Shown here in pieces: positions 57,181-64,000 of a DNA stretch of 64,000 bases. Origin of the DNA: Candidatus Saccharimonadales bacterium (lineage in GTDB: Bacteria; Patescibacteriota; Saccharimonadia; Saccharimonadales; DASZAF01); the NCBI GenBank assembly GCA_035480055.1, contig DATIIB010000009.1, positions 85,068 to 149,067 on the forward strand. The letters are read 5' to 3'. Within the stretch, counting starts at the first letter, position 1. Every line of letters starts with the position of its first letter. A program made the translations under genes and the position numbers. The notes below the pieces were generated by a model. That model did not search any database. It saw only the letters and a list, made by a program, of their open reading frames with translations, and was not told the DNA's origin.

Positions 57181-57764
57181 TGGCTACCAAGAAAGCAACG
57201 ACAACGTACGTTCCTCGTCTCAAAGCTCTCTACAAAGAGCAGATTGCTGCTGATCTCCAAAAGAAGCTGGAACTACGCAACATCAACCAAGTGCCACGCC
57301 TTGAGAAGATTGTTATCAATGTCGGTATCGGCAAACACAAGGACGACAAGCGCTACCACGAAATCGTGGTGAACACCTTGCGAAAGATCACTGGCCAACA
57401 GCCAATCGATCGCATGGCCAAAAAGTCGGTTGCAACCTTTAAGATTCGCGCCGGCATGAACCGCATTGGGGTGAGTGTAACTCTTCGCGACCAACGCATG
57501 TACGAGTTTATGGACCGTTTGGTTAACGTCGTGTTGCCACGTGTCCGTGACTTCCACGGTGTGAGCAAAAAAGCCTTTGATAAGTCCGGCAATTATAGCC
57601 TTGGTCTTAGCGAACAATCAGTCTTTCCAGAACTTACATTCGAAGAAACCACTGTTCCGCACGGCTTGCAAATAACATTTGTGGTACGAGGTGAGGAGCC
57701 AGCGCATTCACGTGCCTTGCTCGAAGCCTTTGGCATGCCATTTGAGAAAGAGGAGACACGCTAA
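57180..57764 (+). CDS. rplE: 50S ribosomal protein L5
   Basis: It has [18 protein letters not shown] and FRGMPFEK-like GMPFEKE. Confidence 0.96.
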   Translation: MATKKATTTYVPRLKALYKEQIAADLQKKLELRNINQVPRLEKIVINVGIGKHKDDKRYHEIVVNTLRKITGQQPIDRMAKKSVATFKIRAGMNRIGVSVTLRDQRMYEFMDRLVNVVLPRVRDFHGVSKKAFDKSGNYSLGLSEQSVFPELTFEETTVPHGLQITFVVRGEEPAHSRALLEAFGMPFEKEETR

Positions 57765-58033
57765 TGGCCCGAAAATCAAACATCGCACGCGACTTAAAAC
57801 GACAAAAAATGAACGAAAAGTACGCAGCAAAGCGCGCTGAGCTCAAAGCAGCTGGCGACTTAGAGAGCCTGGCACTGTTGCCACGCAATAGCAGCCCAAC
57901 TCGCCTAAAGAACCGCTGTGCTGAGACCGGCCGTCCGCATGCCTACATGCGCCGCTTCGGCCTTAGCCGTATCGCGTTCCGTGAACATGCAAGTAAAGGG
58001 GAGATCCCCGGCGTCACTAAGGCGAGCTGGTAG
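57764..58033 (+). CDS. rpsN: 30S ribosomal protein S14 (long, 89-aa form)
   Basis: It has [15 protein letters not shown] and [26 protein letters not shown]...W. Confidence 0.95.
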   Translation: MARKSNIARDLKRQKMNEKYAAKRAELKAAGDLESLALLPRNSSPTRLKNRCAETGRPHAYMRRFGLSRIAFREHASKGEIPGVTKASW

Positions 58034-58051
58034 AAGGAGTAAGGAAAGAAA

Positions 58052-58453
58052 ATGAGTATGCTTTCAACCGATCCTATAGCAGATATGCTGACCCGTATCC
58101 GCAACGCCATCATGGTTAACAAGCGTGAAGTTCGTCTTCCGCACAGCACCATGAAGGAGCGTGTTGCCCGAGAGTTGGTCAACGCTGGCTTCCTCGCTAA
58201 AGTTGAGGTCAAAGAGACCAAACCGCAAAGCGAGATGATCATCACTATTAACCGTGAAGGTCAAAATCCAGTTATTACCGCAATCGAGCGTGTCAGTAAA
58301 CCAGGTCGTCGCCTCTACGCCAAAGCGTCAGAGTTGCCTCGTATTAAGAGCGGCCGTGGTGTTGTCATCGTTTCCACCAGCAAAGGTGTGATGACCGGCC
58401 AGGCTGCAACCAAAGCGAAGCTCGGCGGCGAACTTATCTGTAAGGTATATTAA
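58052..58453 (+). CDS. rpsH: 30S ribosomal protein S8
   Basis: It has DPIADMLTRIRNA. Confidence 0.96.
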   Translation: MSMLSTDPIADMLTRIRNAIMVNKREVRLPHSTMKERVARELVNAGFLAKVEVKETKPQSEMIITINREGQNPVITAIERVSKPGRRLYAKASELPRIKSGRGVVIVSTSKGVMTGQAATKAKLGGELICKVY

Positions 58454-58477
58454 AAGAGAGAAGAGAAGGATAAAGGA

Positions 58478-59014
58478 ATGAGTCGAATCGGAAAACTACC
58501 AGTGGCGATTCCCACCGGCGTGACAATCACGGTCGATAATGACATCGTGACCGTCACCGGACCAAAGGGAACGCTAACCCAAACCGCGCTCTCCGACGTC
58601 AAGCTTGAACTTGACGACAAAGAGCTGCGTGTCACCCGTAATTCGGATGAAAAAATCGCCAAAAGCCAACACGGCTTGATGCGTGCCTTAATTGCCAACA
58701 TGGTCAAAGGTGTGACCGAAGGGTTTGAGAAAAAACTCGAGCTCAACGGTGTCGGCTATCGCGTCAGCGGTGGTGGCCAGGCATTAACCTTTGCCCTCGG
58801 CTTTTCGCACCCTGTTGAATTCAAAGCACCAGAAGGTGTAAAGCTTGAAGTGCAACAGAACGTGATCACCGTGACCGGAATTAGCAAACAACAAGTTGGG
58901 CAGGTTGCTGCAGACATTCGCGCACTCAAGAAGCCAGAGCCTTACAAGGGTAAAGGTATTAAGTACGAGAACGAGCAGATTCGCCGCAAGGCCGGAAAGG
59001 CAGGGACTAAATAA
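58478..59014 (+). CDS. rplF: 50S ribosomal protein L6
   Basis: It has MSRIGKLPVAIPTGV and PEPYKGKGI. Confidence 0.96.
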   Translation: MSRIGKLPVAIPTGVTITVDNDIVTVTGPKGTLTQTALSDVKLELDDKELRVTRNSDEKIAKSQHGLMRALIANMVKGVTEGFEKKLELNGVGYRVSGGGQALTFALGFSHPVEFKAPEGVKLEVQQNVITVTGISKQQVGQVAADIRALKKPEPYKGKGIKYENEQIRRKAGKAGTK

Positions 59015-59370
59015 TGAGTAACAATGTTGCCAAAAAACTATTCAATCGCATTTTGCGCAAGCGTCGCATTCGCGCTCGCGTTAGCGGTACTGCCGAGCGT
59101 CCACGTCTGAACGTGTTTGTAAGCAATCGCCACGTCAGTGCGCAGATCATCGATGACAGCACCAACACCACCCTAGTCGCTAGTAGTACCGTCAAGGCTA
59201 AGACCGACGGGACACTTACCGAAAAGGCTGCGTGGGTTGGCACCGATATTGCCAAAAAGGCAAAGAAGGCAAAGATTACTCATGTCGTCTTTGACCGAGG
59301 TGGCCGTAAATACCATGGCCGTGTCGCTGCCCTTGCCGACGCCGCCCGTAAAGAAGGACTGGAGTTCTAA
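59014..59370 (+). CDS. rplR: 50S ribosomal protein L18
   Basis: It has RPRLNVFVSNRHVSAQIIDD and YHGRVAALADAARKEGLEF. Confidence 0.95.
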   Translation: MSNNVAKKLFNRILRKRRIRARVSGTAERPRLNVFVSNRHVSAQIIDDSTNTTLVASSTVKAKTDGTLTEKAAWVGTDIAKKAKKAKITHVVFDRGGRKYHGRVAALADAARKEGLEF

Positions 59371-59372
59371 TC

Positions 59373-59948
59373 ATGGTTGACCAAAAATCAGCTCCCCGCA
59401 CCGACCACCGCCGCCCAAACTCGCGAGGCGATCGCCCTGGTGAACGCGAAGAGAAAATCTTCGAAGAATACGTCATCAGCATCGACCGCGTTGCGCGTGT
59501 TGTAAAAGGTGGCCGCCGGTTCCGTTTTAAAGCCCTCGTGGTAGTTGGTGACAAGAAAAACCGCATTGGCGTTGGCGTATCCAAAGGCGCTGACGTTCAG
59601 TCAGCTGTTGCCAAAGCGGTTGATAAGGCCAAAAAGAACCTTATCACTTTCCCAATGAAAAACGGCACCATTCCTCACGAAGTTGAAGCCAAAGTGGCAG
59701 GCGCACAGATTTTGCTTAAACCTGCCGCTCCTGGTACTGGTTTGATTGCCGGTGGTGTGGTTCGTTCAATGATGGGCCTGACTGGCGCGCACAACTTGCT
59801 GAGTAAATCACTCGGCTCGACCAACAAGGTGAACACTGCCTATGCAGTCATCGCTGCGCTGCAGATGTTAGTACCTCGCGAAGAATGGATTACCACCAAA
59901 AACGCTCCCAAAGCGACCAAAAAAGTTGCCGCGAAGGAGGAGAAGTAA
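59373..59948 (+). CDS. rpsE: 30S ribosomal protein S5
   Basis: It has VISIDRVARVVKGGRRFRFKALVVVGD and GTGLIAGG. Confidence 0.96.
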   Translation: MVDQKSAPRTDHRRPNSRGDRPGEREEKIFEEYVISIDRVARVVKGGRRFRFKALVVVGDKKNRIGVGVSKGADVQSAVAKAVDKAKKNLITFPMKNGTIPHEVEAKVAGAQILLKPAAPGTGLIAGGVVRSMMGLTGAHNLLSKSLGSTNKVNTAYAVIAALQMLVPREEWITTKNAPKATKKVAAKEEK

Positions 59949-60421
59949 TGAAAGTTCATGAATTAAACCTGGTTGCCAACAAAGACCGCAAACGCGTTGG
60001 TCGTGGCATTGCTGCCGGCGGTGGTAAAACTGCTGGTCGTGGTACCAAAGGACAGAACGCTCGTACAGGTAAAAAACTCCGCGCCGGTTTTGAAGGTGGC
60101 CAATTGCCATTGATGAAGCGTATTCCAAAGAAGCGCGGTTTCCGAAGTATTCGAGTACCTGCTCAGGTGGTATACACCTTCCAGCTTGACGCTCTTAAGG
60201 GTAAGGAAGCAACTAATGAGAGCCTGGCTGAAGCTGGCTTGGTTGCTACTCCATATCACTCGATCAAGATCGTCCTTAAAGGCGAACTCAAAAAAGCTGG
60301 TGCCGTAAAAGTGCAGGCCGCAAGCAAAGGTGCCATTGAAGCAATTACCGCAGCAGGCGGCAGCTTTGCAAAGACCGATACCTCACGCAAACCATCAACC
60401 AAAAAAGCAAAAGAAGCCTAG
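59948..60421 (+). CDS. rplO: 50S ribosomal protein L15
   Basis: The ATG at 59948 overlaps the rpsE stop (TAATG). The sequence is MKVHELNLVANKDRKRVGRGIAAGGGKTAGRGTKGQ. The longer ORF from 59885 would overlap rpsE. Confidence 0.95.
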   Translation: MKVHELNLVANKDRKRVGRGIAAGGGKTAGRGTKGQNARTGKKLRAGFEGGQLPLMKRIPKKRGFRSIRVPAQVVYTFQLDALKGKEATNESLAEAGLVATPYHSIKIVLKGELKKAGAVKVQAASKGAIEAITAAGGSFAKTDTSRKPSTKKAKEA

Positions 60422-60489
60422 ACCGCTACTGCCTTTAAAGTGTATAGTAAGTAAGAATTTACTGCACAAACTGCTAGCCCGGAGGGAAT

Positions 60490-61911
60490 ATGAACTGGCG
60501 AACGACCCTAAAAGCATTTAAAAACCGCGACATGCAACGTCGCTTGCTTATTCTGTTACTCTTGATTGTTTCCTACCGATTGCTCGCCCATATTCCCATT
60601 CCACTTGCTGAACCGACCCAGCTTAAGCAGCTGATTTCGTCGGTCTTTCAGAACCAACAATTGCTGGGCTTCTTAAACTTGCTCTCTGGTGGAGCGCTAG
60701 CGAGTCTGTCGATTATGCTCGTCGGATTGACGCCGTATATTAACGCCTCGATCATCATGCAGCTGCTCACCAAAGCCATTCCTCAGATGGAAGAGCTTAA
60801 CAAAGAAGGCGAGGCCGGCCGACGCAAGATTCAGCAATGGACGCGGCTTATCACCTTTCCGTTGGCGATTTTGCAGTCGATTGGATTTATCTTTATCCTC
60901 CGACAGACCACTGTGTCGGCCAACTTGGGTATCGATATTACTGCGCATACCAGCATGCTACAGTGGATCTTGATGATTGGCACCATGACCGCTGGAGCCA
61001 TGATGTTGATGTGGATTGGCGAGCTGATTACTGAACAAGGTTTGGGAAACGGCATTTCGCTCCTGGTTTTTGCTGGCGTTGTCTCGCAGCTTCCTTCGAC
61101 CCTCAACCTGCTCACACAAGCACTTACCGCAAATCACAATCACCTCAAGGTCTTCCACTGGTTTACGTTGCCCGTGGATGCGAAGGCACTCGGGATTACC
61201 GCGGGCTTAGGGTTGCTTGCGCTGATTAGTACGTACCTCGTGGTCAAACTCAACGAGGCGCAGCGCATCATCACCGTCAACTATGCCAAACGAGTTCAGG
61301 GCAACAAAACCTACGGCGGCGTACAGGGAATATTACCCATCAAGCTTATTACGGCTGGAGTGATCCCGGTAATCTTTGCGGTAGCCTTTTTGGCCCTGCC
61401 GAGCTTTATCGGTCAATTACTGACGAGCATGCACGGTCAGCCACATTGGGTAGAGATTGGCCAAAAGATGGTCACCTGGTTCCAAACGCCTACGGCCCAA
61501 ACTTTTGCCTCAGCGCAGCCGTCAGCATTCATTTACCCGGCCTTGTATTTCTTCCTGGTTGTGGCCTTTACGTACTTTTACACCAACATCGCCTTTAACG
61601 CCAAAGAGGCAGCCGAGAACTTACAGAAGCAAGGTGGCTTCATTTCAGAGATTCGCCCTGGCAAACAAACCGAGAAATACCTCACGCGGACCATCAACCG
61701 CCTAATGCTCTTTGGATCGCTGTCGCTTGGCCTGATTGCCGTGCTGCCGTTTGTGACCGAGTTTGTGATGGCCTACTTCTTTAGCATTGATACAGGGCGC
61801 CAGCTAGCTATTGGCGGCACAGGGCTTCTCATTGTTGTCTCAGTAACTCTTGAGACAATTCGACTCATCAACTCCCGCGCCCTAATGGTCATGTATGACG
61901 AGCAGTATTAG
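60490..61911 (+). CDS. secY: Preprotein translocase subunit SecY
   Basis: It has ~10 TM segments and the motifs GLTPYINASIIMQLL and GNGISLLVFAGVV. Its position follows rplO. Confidence 0.96.
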   Translation: MNWRTTLKAFKNRDMQRRLLILLLLIVSYRLLAHIPIPLAEPTQLKQLISSVFQNQQLLGFLNLLSGGALASLSIMLVGLTPYINASIIMQLLTKAIPQMEELNKEGEAGRRKIQQWTRLITFPLAILQSIGFIFILRQTTVSANLGIDITAHTSMLQWILMIGTMTAGAMMLMWIGELITEQGLGNGISLLVFAGVVSQLPSTLNLLTQALTANHNHLKVFHWFTLPVDAKALGITAGLGLLALISTYLVVKLNEAQRIITVNYAKRVQGNKTYGGVQGILPIKLITAGVIPVIFAVAFLALPSFIGQLLTSMHGQPHWVEIGQKMVTWFQTPTAQTFASAQPSAFIYPALYFFLVVAFTYFYTNIAFNAKEAAENLQKQGGFISEIRPGKQTEKYLTRTINRLMLFGSLSLGLIAVLPFVTEFVMAYFFSIDTGRQLAIGGTGLLIVVSVTLETIRLINSRALMVMYDEQY

Positions 61912-61943
61912 GCATACTGTGGACGTAGTTTCTATTTTTATTC

Positions 61944-61972
61944 TTTACAAACAGAGAGAAACCCTCTATAAT
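61944..61972 (+). promoter_or_regulatory. infA promoter TTTACA-17-TATAAT
   Basis: The hexamers are near consensus with a 17-nt spacer. The -10 lies inside a small inverted repeat, CCTCTA-taat-TAGAGG. Confidence 0.5.
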
Positions 61973-61987
61973 TAGAGGCTGTAACTT

Positions 61988-62209
61988 ATGGCCGATACAA
62001 AAGCAGTGATCAAGTTGGAAGGAACCGTGGTGGAGGCATTGCCAAACACCATGTTTCGGGTCGAGCTGGAGAACGGCCACGTCATCCTGACAGTAGTTGC
62101 AGGTCGTATGCGAAAGCATTACATCAAGATTCTGCCAGGTGACAAAGTAGTAGTCGAGTTGAGCCCTTACGATCTTGAAAAGGGCAGAATCGTCTACCGC
62201 AAGGGATAA
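61988..62209 (+). CDS. infA: Translation initiation factor IF-1
   Basis: It has [64 protein letters not shown]. Confidence 0.97.
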   Translation: MADTKAVIKLEGTVVEALPNTMFRVELENGHVILTVVAGRMRKHYIKILPGDKVVVELSPYDLEKGRIVYRKG

Positions 62210-62243
62210 TAATTTTTTAAATTAAGCGCGAAGGAGCGTTGGC

Positions 62244-62357
62244 ATGAAAGTATCTGCGAGCGTTAAGCCACGATGTAGGAACTGTCAAACAGCACGTCGA
62301 GGCCGCAAACTCTATATTATTTGTAGCGACCCTAAACACAAGCAGCGTCAGGGTTAA
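62244..62357 (+). CDS. rpmJ: 50S ribosomal protein L36 (37 aa; below the ORF-track size cutoff)
   Basis: My manual translation gives [47 protein letters not shown] is present. It lies between infA and rpsM. Confidence 0.93.
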   Translation: MKVSASVKPRCRNCQTARRGRKLYIICSDPKHKQRQG

Positions 62358-62365
62358 GGAGAGAT

Positions 62366-62749
62366 ATGGCTCGAATTGCAGGAGTAACGGTTCCACCCGA
62401 AAAACAAGTCCAAATCTCGTTGACATATGTCTACGGGATTGGCCCAGTATACGCTCGTCGTATTCTGGAAGCGGTCAATGTTGACCCCACCACCCGTGTC
62501 AAAGATCTGACTGAGTCAGAGCTGGCACGTATTCGTGACGAAGTCGCTCACTACACCGTTGAAGGTGAGTTGCGCCGTGTCGTCACTGCCAACATCAAAC
62601 GCCTCAAAGATATCAACGCCTACCGCGGCTTGCGCCACAAGAACGGTTTGCCTTCACGCGGCCAACGTACACGCACCAATGCACGTACTCGCCGAGGCAA
62701 GAAGACCACCGTTGGCGGTACTAAGAAGAAAGTCGCATCAAAGACCTAA
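62366..62749 (+). CDS. rpsM: 30S ribosomal protein S13
   Basis: It has [15 protein letters not shown] and [23 protein letters not shown]. Confidence 0.97.
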   Translation: MARIAGVTVPPEKQVQISLTYVYGIGPVYARRILEAVNVDPTTRVKDLTESELARIRDEVAHYTVEGELRRVVTANIKRLKDINAYRGLRHKNGLPSRGQRTRTNARTRRGKKTTVGGTKKKVASKT

Positions 62750-62763
62750 GGTAGGATTTAATT

Positions 62764-63159
62764 ATGGCAGCAACTAGCACAACCACCAAGAAGAAAAAAG
62801 CCAAGCGAATCGTCGCCGCCGGACAACTCCACGTCCAGGCAACGTTCAACAACACTATGGTTACCTTTACTGACAAAAACGGTAATGTCCTGACCGCCTC
62901 AAGTGCCGGTGCCTGCGGATTCCGCGGTTCCAAAAAAGGCACTGCATACGCCGCCCAAATTGCGAGCGAAAAAGCTGCGACTGCGGTAAAGCAGCAGTAC
63001 GGCATGACCAGTGTTGATGTATTCGTCAAAGGCGTTGGCCTTGGCCGCGATGCCGCAATCCGCGCACTCGGCAGCCAAGATATCCAAGTTGAGAGTATTA
63101 GAGATGAAACTGGCGTTCCCCACGGCGGTGTCCGTCCACGTAAAGCGAGGAGAGCGTAA
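62764..63159 (+). CDS. rpsK: 30S ribosomal protein S11
   Basis: It has QLHVQATFNNTMVTFTDKNGNVL and RDETGVPHGGVRPRKARR. Confidence 0.97.
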   Translation: MAATSTTTKKKKAKRIVAAGQLHVQATFNNTMVTFTDKNGNVLTASSAGACGFRGSKKGTAYAAQIASEKAATAVKQQYGMTSVDVFVKGVGLGRDAAIRALGSQDIQVESIRDETGVPHGGVRPRKARRA

Positions 63160-63779
63160 TGGCCCGAGATCGAAGCCCTATTGTGAAGCAAAGTCGCCGT
63201 GAAGGGTATGCCCTTCACCCCAAGGCGCACAAAATTATGGTCAAAAAGACCGGCATTCCTGGTGCTCACGCCCACGACCGTCACAGCAAGCCAAGCTTGT
63301 ATTCCATTCAGTTGCGCGAAAAGCAAAAAGTTCGTCGCATTTACGGCCTGCTCGAACGCCAGTTCAGCAAGCTGATGAAAGAAGCGAGCCGCAAGCAAGG
63401 TCAATCTGGCGAAGTGCTTCTGCAGTTCCTGGAACAGCGACTTGACAACGTCGTCTACCGTGCTGGTTTTGCAGTTAGCCGCCGTGGCGCTCGTCAGCTT
63501 ACTGGCCACGGCCACTTTATGCTGAACGGCCGTCGCGTCGACATCCCTTCAATTCGCATTAAACCTGGTGACGTTATTACCGTCCGCCCATCTAGCGCAA
63601 AGAACGAATACTTCAGCAAGCAGCTTGACGACGTACTGAAAGCATCAGTACAGACGCAGCTTAGCTGGATGAAGAGCGATCCCAAGAAAATGACTATCAC
63701 CATTACTGGTTTGCCTTCGCGAGAAGAAGCAGAGCCAGAAATCAATGAGCAATTAATTGTTGAGTACTACTCACGTTAG
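63159..63779 (+). CDS. rpsD: 30S ribosomal protein S4
   Basis: It has YSIQLREKQKVRRIYGLLERQF and an S4 RNA-binding domain (RLDNVVYRAGFAVSRRGARQL). Confidence 0.96.
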   Translation: MARDRSPIVKQSRREGYALHPKAHKIMVKKTGIPGAHAHDRHSKPSLYSIQLREKQKVRRIYGLLERQFSKLMKEASRKQGQSGEVLLQFLEQRLDNVVYRAGFAVSRRGARQLTGHGHFMLNGRRVDIPSIRIKPGDVITVRPSSAKNEYFSKQLDDVLKASVQTQLSWMKSDPKKMTITITGLPSREEAEPEINEQLIVEYYSR

Positions 63780-63794
63780 TACGAGGAGAAACAT

Positions 63795-64000
63795 ATGCCA
63801 AAGACAATTCATAACCCCACCCTCGCTCAAATTGACGAGCACTCAACAACCAGCGCCACCTTTGTGATCGAACCATTGCACACTGGCTATGGTATGACTC
63901 TCGGCAACAGCCTTCGTCGCGTGCTCCTCGCCAGCATTGCTGGTGCCGCAGTGACCGCATTTAAAATCGAAGGTGTGACTCACGAGTTCACTACTGTCAG
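63795..64000 (+). CDS. rpoA: DNA-directed RNA polymerase subunit alpha, N-terminal part (3' end lies outside the window)
   Basis: My manual translation gives [75 protein letters not shown] is present. Confidence 0.93.
   Translation, partial: MPKTIHNPTLAQIDEHSTTSATFVIEPLHTGYGMTLGNSLRRVLLASIAGAAVTAFKIEGVTHEFTTV

Noticed and set aside
61961-61980. The inverted repeat CCTCTA-taat-TAGAGG overlapping the infA -10 box looked like a possible operator.
   Set aside because: It is only a 6-bp stem, with no second copy elsewhere in the window and no associated regulator. It is too weak to call more than chance.

Overview
The window is a compact, almost fully coding, single-orientation stretch of bacterial core chromosome, about 50% GC by eye and read with the standard genetic code. 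The gene order is radA, a PIN/TRAM gene, a class A PBP (minus strand), tyrS, recG, rsmD, tRNA-Leu(UAA), a patatin-like lipase (minus strand), hisS, tig, clpP, rpoB, rpoC, rpsL, rpsG, an F-type ATPase operon, a 3092-aa surface protein, fusA, tuf and rpsJ. The S10/spc/alpha ribosomal cluster then runs from rplC to rpoA and includes secY, infA and rpmJ. There is no room for rpmD (L30) between rpsE and rplO. That gap, the giant fibre-like protein and the reduced gene set fit a CPR/Patescibacteria genome, possibly Saccharibacteria, but I cannot confirm this without a database search. I found no CRISPR array, transposase, integrase or rRNA. The unusual content lies in non-mobile insertions that split the normally contiguous rpoBC-str-S10 cluster: (1) An ~828-aa cytoplasmic protein between rpoC and rpsL has a WhiB-like C-X21-C-X2-C-X5-C N-terminus and a sigma-70 region 4-like C-terminus. 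(2) A divergent ATPase operon lacks recognisable a and c genes. It opens with a secreted 273-aa protein whose C-terminal hairpin has a c-subunit-like GRNP loop. (3) The giant repeat protein is followed by small anchored partner genes. (4) Two minus-strand orphans combine an acidic N-terminal half with a hydrolase-like C-terminal domain, one NlpC/P60-like and one with HEXXH...EGFA. Regulatory signals include a perfect CIRCE operator on the clpP promoter and a candidate His-codon leader-peptide attenuator upstream of hisS. Extended -10 boxes also recur 6-9 nt from start codons, which suggests leaderless mRNAs. All domain calls were made by eye from motifs and need HMM or structure confirmation.
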